A stretch of 64,000 nt of DNA from a virus. Both the position numbers and the translations under genes were made by a program. The notes below the pieces were generated by a model. That model was given only the letters and a program-made list of their open reading frames with translations. It was not told where the DNA came from and searched no databases. The stretch is from the IMG/VR virus record IMGVR_UViG_3300003316_000080, positions 1 to 64,000 of that record. The stretch is one strand, 5' to 3'. Position 1 is the stretch's first letter. Every line of letters begins with the position of its first letter. Shown here in pieces: positions 27,634-36,723 of this stretch.

Positions 27634-27772
27634 TGGTGCCTCCGATGAAGTCCGCTGGATCAGGCCGGCGCTCGTCGAACTCACGGCCGTCGCGGGCGGC
27701 TGCGAACATGCGCGCGTACCATGACTCCAGCGCTGCTCGATAGCGCATCAGCGCGCGGAACTCGGCGCTCAC
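27623..27772 (-). CDS. small hypothetical protein (49 aa)
   Basis: GTG start with GGGAGG SD; overlaps both neighbours. Confidence 0.3.
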   Translation of the reverse strand: MSAEFRALMRYRAALESWYARMFAAARDGREFDERRPDPADFIGGTNAS

Positions 27773-27891
27773 GATCCGCCTCCCTGGGACAGCGCGGCAC
27801 TATCGGTTTCAGCCATGTAGCGATGCGCTGCGGATTGCGCTTTCAAGCGTTCGATCAGCGCTTCCAGCGCCTGGGTGCGTGAGGTGGTCAT
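27769..27891 (-). CDS. small hypothetical protein (40 aa)
   Basis: ATG 27889-27891 with AAGGA SD; overlaps downstream GTG. Confidence 0.3.
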   Translation of the reverse strand: MTTSRTQALEALIERLKAQSAAHRYMAETDSAALSQGGGS

Positions 27892-27940
27892 GGGTGTCCT
27901 TGGTGCGGGAATGTGGAATGTGGATAGGACTTAAGCCGTG

Positions 27941-28228
27941 TCAGGCGGGTCGAACAGCGTCAGGTGACACCGTGGCGAAGCGGCTCCGAGGGCTTTTGTA
28001 GTAGTCCATTTCAACGCGAAGTTGAATGCTGGCAGTCGTGCCGCTGCCAAAGTTCCAAGTGTGTACGGTGCAGCCCCAGATAGTGGCCGGTGACGGATTG
28101 ACTTGGCGGCTGCTGAGTAGCACCCCGACACGTGTTCCAACTGGATAGAGGTCTGCGGCCAGGGCGAGTGCGTCGTCATGGGCTTTACCAACGGCGCCCA
28201 GTAGTTGGTTCAGGGCCTTTTCGTTCAT
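27941..28228 (-). CDS. hypothetical protein (95 aa)
   Basis: ORF track; ATG 28226-28228 with AAGGAG SD. Confidence 0.5.
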   Translation of the reverse strand: MNEKALNQLLGAVGKAHDDALALAADLYPVGTRVGVLLSSRQVNPSPATIWGCTVHTWNFGSGTTASIQLRVEMDYYKSPRSRFATVSPDAVRPA

Positions 28229-28425
28229 GTCAGTTCTCCTTCACGATAGATTGCTTCAGTTGGGGATACTTTTCCTCCAAGTCGTCCAGCTGCTCGCGGG
28301 CGTGTTCACGTGTTTTCTCAAACACGGAGGTGAGCATGCTGGTCCATAGTGCATGACGCCGGCACGCCGACTCCCACATGCGCTGGTCGAAGGATTGGGC
28401 GAAGTCTTTGGGCACGGTGGTCCTG

Positions 28426-28752
28426 TCAGCGCGCTCTGATGCGCACCAGTATTCCCAAGCCACTGCCGCAGTACGTTGCGTGCACGCGGCATGCCTCTTC
28501 CAACGAGGCGCATTGCTGCAGGCGCGACCACGGGTGAAACCTGGACACACGCACTTGGACCTCCCAAGGAAACTGAAAGATGTGTTGCCGCTTGCGTTCA
28601 GCTTCACGATGCAATCGCTCCACAGCCTCAGTGGAGGATGGAAACCAGTCCTCCCACGAGGTGGGCTTGTGTGACGTGCCCCATGCACCAGAGATCAGTG
28701 TCTGGATGTCCGCCAGGATTTGGTCACGCGATTTTTCGTCCCAGGTGGTCAT
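28426..28752 (-). CDS. hypothetical protein (109 aa), first gene of leftward operon
   Basis: ATG 28750-28752 about 30 nt downstream of leftward -10. Confidence 0.45.
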   Translation of the reverse strand: MTTWDEKSRDQILADIQTLISGAWGTSHKPTSWEDWFPSSTEAVERLHREAERKRQHIFQFPWEVQVRVSRFHPWSRLQQCASLEEACRVHATYCGSGLGILVRIRAR

Positions 28753-28776
28753 GTCTTGTTTCAGTGCGCTGTAGAT

Positions 28777-28848
28777 GTGGAGATTGTATATAAACTTCAA
28801 GCCAGAACGCAAGCACTTTCTTAGAAACTTTTTACTGCCCTCTACAAT
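28777..28848. promoter_or_regulatory. divergent promoter/operator region
   Basis: leftward TTGCGT-N18-TACAAT (-10 revcomp of 28783-28788, -35 revcomp of 28807-28812); CAGTAAA motif 28824-28838; rightward TACAAT 28843-28848. Confidence 0.4.
28824..28838. repeat. CAGTAAA-palindrome motif copy (GCAGTAAAAAGTTTC, minus orientation)
   Basis: between divergent promoters. Confidence 0.5.
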
Positions 28849-29008
28849 GAGCCACCTGACCTGCTGCGCGTGGCGGTCTGGGGTGGAAGGTGATCCAGCA
28901 TCAGGCTGGTGACTACAGGGGCGCCAGCTTCTAACGAACTTCCACGCTCACGTGTGCCCGGCGGTGGGTTGCCGTCGGGCTCTTTTACACAGAATCGTTG
29001 GGGGTTGT

Positions 29009-29422
29009 ATGCACCACATCAAGGGGAACTTGTACGCGGCGCGTCTCAACGAACGAGGCGACGTCCGCTTGGTCAAACTGACCAGTCAGGCGGGTACGCG
29101 GGAGGTGGACTTTGACAAGCCCCTGCCTCCGCAGATCGTCGCGGTAGACACCATCCTAGACGCTGGCACATTCGCGGCCTTGGTAGTTGCTGTCAGCGCC
29201 CGTGGTGATGATTACAAACATACGCACTACCATCAGGTTCTTGCGAACCACCAGAAGCCGCAGTCAGCCGCTAGGCGCTACCTTGATGCCATCGTGTCGG
29301 CGTATAACGTAGCGGGTGAGTACGCTAAGGCGCGCGCAGTGGAGAGCATGGGAGAAGGTGATCTGCACCGTGCGATCGACATGCTGCTTGCTGACTATGT
29401 GAACCGCCAGGAGTCAACATGA
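29009..29422 (+). CDS. hypothetical protein
   Basis: ORF track; ATG 29009. Confidence 0.45.
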   Translation: MHHIKGNLYAARLNERGDVRLVKLTSQAGTREVDFDKPLPPQIVAVDTILDAGTFAALVVAVSARGDDYKHTHYHQVLANHQKPQSAARRYLDAIVSAYNVAGEYAKARAVESMGEGDLHRAIDMLLADYVNRQEST

Positions 29423-29631
29423 ACGAATACAACGCACTGGAGCGCCGGTGCCGCGAGGTGAACCAGTTGCCGGCATCGCCGGAGCGGGACAGGCTGGCGC
29501 GCGAACTCCAGATTGATCTGGGCGCAGCTTACTGCGAGATGGAAGCGCGACGCATCCGCACGACGAATCGAGTGCTCGTTCTGATCATCGCTGCTGTGAT
29601 GGCAGCGGTGTACATCCTCCTGGAGGGCTGA
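29419..29631 (+). CDS. small protein with C-terminal TM helix
   Basis: ATGA overlap; C-terminal VLVLIIAAVMAAVYILL. Confidence 0.45.
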   Translation: MNEYNALERRCREVNQLPASPERDRLARELQIDLGAAYCEMEARRIRTTNRVLVLIIAAVMAAVYILLEG

Positions 29632-29632
29632 C

Positions 29633-29779
29633 ATGCTTCTACGCCACTACACCAAGGTGTCTGACAACCCGGAGCGCTGGGAATACCAGTGGATCACGCT
29701 GGAGGAATTCCAGCAGCGTGTGCAGCAACGAGTGGAGCAATCTGTACAGGAGGTGCCAAATGATCAAGTGGATCGGTGA
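29633..29779 (+). CDS. small hypothetical protein (48 aa)
   Basis: ATG 29633 two nt after upstream stop; below ORF-track size cutoff. Confidence 0.3.
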   Translation: MLLRHYTKVSDNPERWEYQWITLEEFQQRVQQRVEQSVQEVPNDQVDR

Positions 29780-29867
29780 CGTGTTCGAACTCGTGTGCAC
29801 CTTCCTGATGGCAGTCGTCACTGTCTGCATCGGTGGAGACGAATATGACGACGAAGAGGATCTGTGA
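29760..29867 (+). CDS. small membrane protein (35 aa)
   Basis: ATG 29760 with CAGGAGGTG SD; hydrophobic core plus acidic tail. Confidence 0.3.
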   Translation: MIKWIGDVFELVCTFLMAVVTVCIGGDEYDDEEDL

Positions 29868-30045
29868 GTGCGCGGTGTGCATTGCAGTGGACCTGCAGTA
29901 CCAGCGCGAATGTGCACGCAACGAAGCGCGCCCGGCCGCCGTGCTGACTGATGCTGAGCGTGAACACGTCAGCTTCGAGGGCATGGACGACATGGCTGAG
30001 TACCAGCGTCTGGAACTGCAGATCAAGAAAGAACTGGGGTGGTGA
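29845..30045 (+). CDS. small Cys-rich hypothetical protein
   Basis: ATG 29845 with GGAG upstream; RICECAVC. Confidence 0.35.
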   Translation: MTTKRICECAVCIAVDLQYQRECARNEARPAAVLTDAEREHVSFEGMDDMAEYQRLELQIKKELGW

Positions 30046-30199
30046 CCAGAACCAAGAGAACACCAAAGTCACCTCACACAGGGTGGCCGCCTGGACTTCT
30101 GCAAGACGATTGCCGCGAACTCTCGATCTGGTTCGCAAGCAAACCTGAAGCCCGCTACCTAGTTAGACAGGTCGCAGCAGAGATCAAACGGAGCAAACA

Positions 30200-30442
30200 A
30201 TGAGCAAGAAGGCAAAGAAGTTCAAGGCCAAAGAGTCGAAGTTGACACCTTGGTTTTCCGCACACGAATTCCCCAGCCGTCCTGGGTACTACCAGCGTGA
30301 GTACGAAAGCGGGCGGCACACGGAAGAGGCACCAGACTACTGGGACGGTCAGTGCTGGATCCTGTGCGACTTCTTTGGAAACTTCTTGCATGAGTCTAGT
30401 GTCTGGCGCCGTTGGCGCGGCTACACCACACGTCAGGAGTGA
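30200..30442 (+). CDS. hypothetical protein
   Basis: ORF track; GGAG upstream. Confidence 0.45.
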   Translation: MSKKAKKFKAKESKLTPWFSAHEFPSRPGYYQREYESGRHTEEAPDYWDGQCWILCDFFGNFLHESSVWRRWRGYTTRQE

Positions 30443-30444
30443 AC

Positions 30445-30663
30445 ATGATCGACAGACGCACGCTGAGGCAAAGTGACCCCAACAGTCTGGCGTCGCGTAT
30501 CTGTGCCTTCTTCTCCAACAATCCCGACGAGATGCTCACGTACAGCGACATTGCTGTGAAGTTTGACTGTACGGTTGAACAAGCTCGCAATGCTGTGAAT
30601 GATCTACGCAAGAGGAAGAAGGGCGTAGACACCAGTCACATCGTACACAGAGCGGGTCAGTAA
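30445..30663 (+). CDS. small putative DNA-binding (winged-helix-like) protein
   Basis: ATG 30445 with AGGAG SD; LTYSDIAVKFDCTVEQARNAVNDLRKRKKG. Confidence 0.4.
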   Translation: MIDRRTLRQSDPNSLASRICAFFSNNPDEMLTYSDIAVKFDCTVEQARNAVNDLRKRKKGVDTSHIVHRAGQ

Positions 30664-30674
30664 AAACTTTCTGG
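30658..30674. repeat. CAGTAAA-palindrome motif copy (CAGTAAAAACTTTCTGG)
   Basis: contains stop codon TAA of upstream gene and GGAG of next gene. Confidence 0.5.
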
Positions 30675-30681
30675 AGCAGAC

Positions 30682-30891
30682 ATGGCAGAACAACTCACAC
30701 ACGAGCAGTTGGAGCAACTGGCAGACAAGATCACAGCACTGAGCGAGCAGCGTCTAGTTGCAGTCCGTGAACGTAACTGGAAGGCAGCACGCGATATGAC
30801 AGAGCAGATGAAGGACTTGCACAAGCAGTATCTGGAGCAGTTTGACATGCTGTCTGCACAGGCACGTGTACTGCGTGTACTGAACAAGTAG
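30682..30891 (+). CDS. hypothetical protein
   Basis: ORF track; immediately follows CAGTAAA motif and GGAG. Confidence 0.45.
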   Translation: MAEQLTHEQLEQLADKITALSEQRLVAVRERNWKAARDMTEQMKDLHKQYLEQFDMLSAQARVLRVLNK

Positions 30892-30983
30892 CAAGACACT
30901 CGCACTGAACAACAAGTAAAAACCCAACAGACAAACACCACACTGATCAGGAGGCCCCTAGCAAACCTACATGAGATTTTGAT

Positions 30984-31403
30984 ATGGACGAAAAACGCAA
31001 ACGTGGTCGGCCGGCTGGAGCAATGAACAAGCTCAGTCAGGAGGCTGTCAACCTCGCAAAGCAGACAGGTAAGTTGCCCCATGAGATCTTGCTAGAGATC
31101 GCACGGGGCAATCCCATTTGTGTGCTGAGTATGGAAGAAGGCGTTCTGAAGCCTGTCTATGTCATGACAGATCCTGCACAGGTGCTTGATGCAGCAAAGG
31201 CAGCAGCACCGTACTTCGCGCCGAAGATTTCTACAGTTGAAGTGATTGCAGGGGTATCTGACCATGAACTTGATCGCATCATTGCGCTCGCTGCCGCCGA
31301 AGCAGGCATTAGCCTTGGCGCTAGCGGAGAAGGCGAAGAGACAGAGGAAGAGGAACCAACTGAGCGAAGCAGCCGAAAGGGCCGTAGACAGCTACGCGAG
31401 TGA
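30984..31403 (+). CDS. putative terminase small subunit
   Basis: position directly upstream of terL; N-terminal basic KRKRGRPAG; 3' end overlaps terL by ~158 nt, so true end uncertain. Confidence 0.4.
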   Translation: MDEKRKRGRPAGAMNKLSQEAVNLAKQTGKLPHEILLEIARGNPICVLSMEEGVLKPVYVMTDPAQVLDAAKAAAPYFAPKISTVEVIAGVSDHELDRIIALAAAEAGISLGASGEGEETEEEEPTERSSRKGRRQLRE

Positions 31404-33111
31404 AGCAGAGGGGCCTCCTGTCCCTCTGCAGGTTTCCTCAGTCGTACTAGACGACACGCACGTAATCAGCCAACTGCTTACAACAGGCAAGTTGTGTGCG
31501 GGTCCGTCTGCACAGCACATCCGCTACAAGATCTACTGGGGCGGTCGTGGTGCTGTGAAGTCGTGGGGCATGGCAGAAGCACTAGTACGTCTGGCAGCTG
31601 CCAAGCCTCTACGCATACTGTGCTGCCGTGAGTTTCAGAACTCGATCAAGGACAGTGCACACAAACTGCTGAAAGACACGATCGAGAGACTTGGTCTGTC
31701 TACGTGGTTCACTGTCACTGCCGACAGCATCAAGTCTCGTGTCGGTGCAGAGTTCATGTTCAAAGGCCTGCACAACAACGAGAACGGCATCAGGTCGACT
31801 GAAGGCGTAGATATCTGCTGGGTGGAAGAAGCACACAGCGTTACTGCACTTAGCTGGCAGAGCCTACTGCCCACGATCCGTGGTGACGAGTCAGAGATCT
31901 GGATCTCGTTCAACATGGTCGAAGAGAGTGATGCTACGTACCAGATGTTCGTAGCAAATGAACGCCCTCACTCGATCGTTCACCACATCAATTACGACAG
32001 CAATCCGTTCCTACCGAAAGTGCTCCGTGATGAAATGGAGCACGACAAGAAGACGGACTACGCGCTGTACGAGCACATCTGGCTGGGCAAGCCTCGCAAG
32101 CGTAGTAACGCAATCGTCCTCAACGGCAAGTACCGCATTGAGGAATTCCCAGATGATCTGTACGAACACGCAGATAGGTTGTTCTTCGGTGCTGACTGGG
32201 GCTATGCAGAAGATCCGTCCACGCTGGTGCGTTGCTTCATCCTGAACAACAAGCTGTACATCGAGTACGAGGCATACGGCAAGCACATCGAACTGAACGA
32301 CTACGCTGCGTTCTATGACCAAGTGCCCGGGTCACGTGACTGGCCTATCTATGCCGACAGCGCGTTGCCAGCAACGATCTCGCATGTGCGCGGTCTGGGC
32401 TTTGCGATCGATGCGGCAGAGAAGTGGCCGGGCAGTGTCGAAGACGGCATCAAGCATCTGCGGGGGTACGACGAGATCATCATTCACCCGCGCTGCAAGA
32501 TGGCGGCCGACGAGGCTTACAAGTGGCGGTACAAGGTCGACAAGAAGGTGCTGGATGCCAACATGCAGCCACTCGTACTGCCCACGCTGGTAGACGCACA
32601 CAATCACTGCATTCCGGCTGGCGTGCTTGTGTCTACTGCGTGTGGCGATGTGCCTATTGAGCAAGTACAAGTAGGCGACCTCGTGTGGACGCGTGTTGGT
32701 CTGCGTCCTGTGTTGTGGGCAGGTGCCACAGACACGAACCGTGAAGTGCTGGAGATCACGTTGTCATCTGGTCATGTAGTGCGCTGCACTCCTGACCACG
32801 AAGTCTTCGTGAATGGTGAGTTCATTCGTGCAGACGCTGCTCAGGTGTCTGACAACATGAACACACTCGACAGCACGGCACATGGCAGGCGAATTGGCAC
32901 TGCGTCTGTAGTCTCTATCACTCGCATCGCGGAAAAGGCTGATGTTGTCTATGACGTAACGGTCGATGGACAACACGAGTTCTTCGCGAATGGTGTGCTG
33001 GTTCACAACTGCTGGGACGCGGTCCGGTACGCCCTACATGGCTACATCCCCAGATCGGGTGAGATGGGCGTGTGGAACAGACTAGGCGCCCAAGCTCTGG
33101 GACAATCCTGA
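31246..33111 (+). CDS. terL: terminase large subunit carrying a 134-aa mini-intein
   Basis: Walker A GGRGAVKSWG, Walker B DICWVEEAH; intein between DAHNH and CWDAV; exact start uncertain. Confidence 0.8.
   Translation: MQGYLTMNLIASLRSLPPKQALALALAEKAKRQRKRNQLSEAAERAVDSYASEAEGPPVPLQVSSVVLDDTHVISQLLTTGKLCAGPSAQHIRYKIYWGGRGAVKSWGMAEALVRLAAAKPLRILCCREFQNSIKDSAHKLLKDTIERLGLSTWFTVTADSIKSRVGAEFMFKGLHNNENGIRSTEGVDICWVEEAHSVTALSWQSLLPTIRGDESEIWISFNMVEESDATYQMFVANERPHSIVHHINYDSNPFLPKVLRDEMEHDKKTDYALYEHIWLGKPRKRSNAIVLNGKYRIEEFPDDLYEHADRLFFGADWGYAEDPSTLVRCFILNNKLYIEYEAYGKHIELNDYAAFYDQVPGSRDWPIYADSALPATISHVRGLGFAIDAAEKWPGSVEDGIKHLRGYDEIIIHPRCKMAADEAYKWRYKVDKKVLDANMQPLVLPTLVDAHNHCIPAGVLVSTACGDVPIEQVQVGDLVWTRVGLRPVLWAGATDTNREVLEITLSSGHVVRCTPDHEVFVNGEFIRADAAQVSDNMNTLDSTAHGRRIGTASVVSITRIAEKADVVYDVTVDGQHEFFANGVLVHNCWDAVRYALHGYIPRSGEMGVWNRLGAQALGQS
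32608..33009 (+). mobile_element. mini-intein (Hint domain, no endonuclease domain) within terL
   Basis: starts with Cys (CIPAGVLV), block B TPDH, ends VYDVTVDGQHEFFANGVLVHN followed by +1 Cys; 402 nt in frame. Confidence 0.8.
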
Positions 33112-33136
33112 ATGTTTTCAACGAAGGGGAACTGAA

Positions 33137-35374
33137 ATGCCACGTGTCTTGACACCATCGCCTCTCACCGCCGAACTGCGTGCGGCAGGGTTTCCATGGG
33201 CAGATGATTCCGGTGTACTGCGCGCTGCCGATGGCACTGTCATCAGTAGCGGTGGGGGTGCGTCGACCTTCACTGCGCTGACGGATAGTGCGAGTGCAGA
33301 CATTCCTGCCACCAATGCACCGACAGCAGCAGCACTCGCTCTGAAGGCTAGTCTGGTGAATGGCGGTGTACCGACATCGCAACTGCCGCGATCCACTGCA
33401 GCCGTGACGCTCTCTGCAACGACGAGTGCAACTCCCACAGACGGCACCTTTGCTGCGCTGCCGGCGCAGGCGTGTACGGAACTGGAGGTATTCAACGACA
33501 GCCAAGTGCCCGTCGAGTACCGCCGTAATGGCGCCGGCAACGTCGTCACACTCCTGGCGAATCAGCGTCGCCGCATCCTCGGCATCACCGACGCCAGCCA
33601 GATCGCATTCCGGCGCTCTGACTACGCAGTGGCCGGCCGGACGCAGCCGACGACGATCTCTGTCCGTGCTCGCACGAACACGGACACGTACACGCTTGCC
33701 GGCACGCTGTCGATGGTGCTCAGTGGTGGTTCGTACACGGCGTTTAGCAGCCTCGCGTGTACGTCCATGGAGATCTTCAACAACTGCAACCACGACATCC
33801 TCTTCACGATCGACAGCGGCACGGCGTACAAGCTGCGTCACGGTGAGTCGGCTGTGATTCTGGGCATCGCCAACGCCAACCAAGTGCGTGTCAAGACCTA
33901 TGATTCGATCGCTCGTCAATCTCGCAATCTCGAGGCCGAGTGCTGGACGGTAGGTCTGGGTCGGGAGACGCTGAGTCCGTACCGTGCAGACGCCATCACG
34001 GCTGAAGCCGACATTCTCAACGGCGAGCCCAACTATCCGAACCTTCAGCCAATCGGCGCGGTCCTGACGCTGGGCAACCTGCGTCCTGTGCCGCGTCTGC
34101 GCAAGAAGCCGGTGGAGTTGGCGAAGTGGGATCTGGCGGCCAATGTGGTCACCAACCGTGCGGCTGACTTCGCTGACATCACACCGGCCGCTGTGGGCAA
34201 GGACGAGATTACCTTCGGCACCACGATCGTCGAGTACACGCAGTCTCAGACGGCGGAAGTACTGATCGCTCCTGCTGGTGTGCAGTCCACACCGGTCGAC
34301 GTCTCCAATGGCTCGATCCACTTCACGCATGTGTGGCCGGACAACGCCGGCAACAACTACGGCGTGAACGGGCCTTCCAGCTTCATCATCGAACTGCACA
34401 GCGCGGGCTCGCCGTCAGCGCCCACGGCCAACTACCACACCAGTGGCGTACTGAACTCGCTGAATGCGGGCTTCATGGGCGCGTCCACGCTGGGCTATAA
34501 CCTGCAGCGCTGCTTCTCTCTGCCGATCAACGCATTCACTGCGGCTGGCACGGGTGCTACGCTGACGGCGATCACCTGGGCCCGCATTCGCATCACGGGC
34601 CCGTCGGCGTCCAACGGCTGCAAGTTGCGCCCTGTCCGCCTCGACTTCGTGCCCAACGCGTTGACGAAGGGGACGGTGATCTTCACCTTCGACGACCTGC
34701 ACGCGGGCGCCTGGACCAACGCGCTGCCGATCATGTCGAAGTACTCGTACCCGGGCGTCCTGTGCATGGACACCACGGTCAAGATGGGCCAGTCAGGCTT
34801 CCTGACACCCGAGCAGATCATTCAGATGCACCAGACGTACGGCTGGGAGGTCGGCTATCAGGTCTATCAGAACGAAACGGGGTTCAACCTCAACTCCGAA
34901 TCCTGGATGCGCCAGGTCGGCAAGTGGGTGCTGGAGATGAACCGTCTGGGCATCCACGAGACGTACAACGGCTCGTACGGCTCGGGCACTGTGACGAACG
35001 TCGACGAAGAACGGCTGATGGCTGCTCGCCGTGCACTGTCGACGATGCGTCGCTTCACCAGTGGCACGAACACGTCCCCGCCCTTCAAGAACCCGGAGAC
35101 GGTGCCCTACGGCGACCCGTACAACCTGCGGTGCCTCAACATGAGCAGTGGCTTCACGGCCGGCACGATCTACGATCGCTGGAAGGATCACGTCGATCAG
35201 GCCGTTGCTGCAAAGGGCGTGGCGATCTTCGCGTGTCACAGTGAATTCAACGGCGCCGGTGAAGCGCTGACGGCACTCGGTACGCTCTGCGCGTACATCC
35301 GCACGCTGGAACTGGCCGGCAACTGCCAAGTGACCACCTTCGCCGGTCTGAACAAGCAGGCTTACGGGGTCTGA
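33137..35374 (+). CDS. large (745 aa) putative virion/host-interaction protein with beta-rich repeats and C-terminal polysaccharide-deacetylase-like region
   Basis: AAGGGGA SD; two internal repeats (ACTELEVFND..., ACTSMEIFNN...); C-terminal TFDDLHAG...PYG resembles NodB/CE4 motifs weakly. Confidence 0.5.
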   Translation: MPRVLTPSPLTAELRAAGFPWADDSGVLRAADGTVISSGGGASTFTALTDSASADIPATNAPTAAALALKASLVNGGVPTSQLPRSTAAVTLSATTSATPTDGTFAALPAQACTELEVFNDSQVPVEYRRNGAGNVVTLLANQRRRILGITDASQIAFRRSDYAVAGRTQPTTISVRARTNTDTYTLAGTLSMVLSGGSYTAFSSLACTSMEIFNNCNHDILFTIDSGTAYKLRHGESAVILGIANANQVRVKTYDSIARQSRNLEAECWTVGLGRETLSPYRADAITAEADILNGEPNYPNLQPIGAVLTLGNLRPVPRLRKKPVELAKWDLAANVVTNRAADFADITPAAVGKDEITFGTTIVEYTQSQTAEVLIAPAGVQSTPVDVSNGSIHFTHVWPDNAGNNYGVNGPSSFIIELHSAGSPSAPTANYHTSGVLNSLNAGFMGASTLGYNLQRCFSLPINAFTAAGTGATLTAITWARIRITGPSASNGCKLRPVRLDFVPNALTKGTVIFTFDDLHAGAWTNALPIMSKYSYPGVLCMDTTVKMGQSGFLTPEQIIQMHQTYGWEVGYQVYQNETGFNLNSESWMRQVGKWVLEMNRLGIHETYNGSYGSGTVTNVDEERLMAARRALSTMRRFTSGTNTSPPFKNPETVPYGDPYNLRCLNMSSGFTAGTIYDRWKDHVDQAVAAKGVAIFACHSEFNGAGEALTALGTLCAYIRTLELAGNCQVTTFAGLNKQAYGV

Positions 35375-35379
35375 TCGCC

Positions 35380-35721
35380 ATGGCAACAACACCCACTCCA
35401 GCAGCACGCACTCTTGTGGTGGGCCCGAGTGCTTTCCGCGTCATCGACTTCGGCAAGCAGGCTCAACTCGATCTGTGCTTTGACTGGTCGCAGACGACGT
35501 GGCTGACTGCGATCACGTCGTACACGCTGTCAGTTCCTTCTGGGCTCACCATCGAAGCAGAGAGCTTTGCCGACAAGAAGGTGACGGTCACACTGAAGTT
35601 CACTGATCCCACTGCGCTGTACGAAGGGCAGCTGTTCGATGTGGAGTGCGAGGTGATCACGAACGACACCCCTCCCCTGTCTGACACACGCAGCATCACC
35701 GTGCGTGCAGTCAGTCGCTAG
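35380..35721 (+). CDS. hypothetical protein
   Basis: ORF track. Confidence 0.45.
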   Translation: MATTPTPAARTLVVGPSAFRVIDFGKQAQLDLCFDWSQTTWLTAITSYTLSVPSGLTIEAESFADKKVTVTLKFTDPTALYEGQLFDVECEVITNDTPPLSDTRSITVRAVSR

Positions 35722-35943
35722 CGTGCGTATACTGGGAGCGGGCGGACCGGAACGCCGCCCCTCCTAGTCTTGTCTCCTCCTGCGATATAGAGCAAAGGGC
35801 TCCTCCTCACGGTGGGGCCCTTTCAATTTGTGCGTCTGACAGTTCGCCACTCCCCCAAAAGGGGGATGTAATGTCTTACAGGTTGACGCCGGACAATTCT
35901 CACGTTCCTTCAACGAACGTGCTCTATGAACAGGAGAACTGCC

Positions 35944-36054
35944 ATGAAATGGATGTACCGCTTCGGCCTCGCGGCCGTGCTCGCCTTCGTCTCTTCCCTC
36001 GGGCATGTCCAGGCCACGGACGCACACCCACAAGCACAGACAGCGCGGCAGTAA
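35944..36054 (+). CDS. small signal-peptide-like ORF (36 aa)
   Basis: ATG 35944 with AGGAG 7 nt upstream; MKWMYRFGLAAVLAFVSSLGHVQA; stop shared with CAGTAAA motif. Confidence 0.3.
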   Translation: MKWMYRFGLAAVLAFVSSLGHVQATDAHPQAQTARQ

Positions 36055-36065
36055 ACAGTTTCTGC
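36048..36065. repeat. CAGTAAA-palindrome motif copy (GCAGTAAACAGTTTCTGC)
   Basis: contains stop codon of small ORF; precedes terminator. Confidence 0.5.
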
Positions 36066-36073
36066 CGTATATA

Positions 36074-36108
36074 GGGCGCGGGAGCGATCTTGCGCCCTTT
36101 CCTTTTGG
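36074..36108 (+). terminator. rho-independent terminator
   Basis: stem GGGCGC 36074-36079 / GCGCCC 36092-36097, T-tract TTTCCTTTT; followed by GGAGAA and ATG 36116. Confidence 0.55.
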
Positions 36109-36115
36109 AGAACTC

Positions 36116-36721
36116 ATGAGCTACTCATTCACCAAGCGTGCTGCGACACGCTCAGCCTTGCTGGCGCTGGTCTGCCGTGAACTCGATGTGATCGCGAAGC
36201 AGCAACCCCTGCATGAACACGATTTCGACCAGATCCTGAGCAACTTCGCCAATGCCGCGTCACTGGTGGCGCCGGACAAGGATCGTCCCTACTCCGGCCA
36301 CATGCTGCAAGCCGCGCTGAACGGATATGTGTCGTGGCGCAGCCGCAAGCATGAAGGTATCGAAGAGCCCGAGATCGTCGGCGTCAACATCTCGTGCAGC
36401 GTGTCGTGGTGCCAGATGACGCAAGCCGAACTGGCGGACGAGGCTGCGACGCGTGTGAGCGACCCCAGCGTGTACGGCTCCGGCGAGGGTGCGAATCCCC
36501 AAGTGGGCAATCCGCCTTACGGACAGGAAGAAGGCAGCGCTTACACGCCGCCGATCAACACGCAGATGTCGGCCATGGAAGCTGCCATCACCCGTTCTGG
36601 CCCGGCGCACCAGCCCCGTGATGAAGGCCCCTGCGGCATCACGAACTGCGATGCTTCGTGTGACAACCACAAGGGCTGCAGTGGCCTGACTGACACCGGC
36701 ACCGGCCTGGGCACGGACTGA
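36116..36721 (+). CDS. hypothetical protein
   Basis: ORF track; ATG 36116 after terminator-RBS module. Confidence 0.5.
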   Translation: MSYSFTKRAATRSALLALVCRELDVIAKQQPLHEHDFDQILSNFANAASLVAPDKDRPYSGHMLQAALNGYVSWRSRKHEGIEEPEIVGVNISCSVSWCQMTQAELADEAATRVSDPSVYGSGEGANPQVGNPPYGQEEGSAYTPPINTQMSAMEAAITRSGPAHQPRDEGPCGITNCDASCDNHKGCSGLTDTGTGLGTD

Positions 36722-36723
36722 CC

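Noticed and set aside
32918-34399. 493-aa antisense ORF across terL 3' end and the 745-aa gene
   Set aside because: Arg/Cys-rich junk-like translation, overlaps the intein-containing terL and a strong sense ORF with SD; taken as a high-GC artefact.
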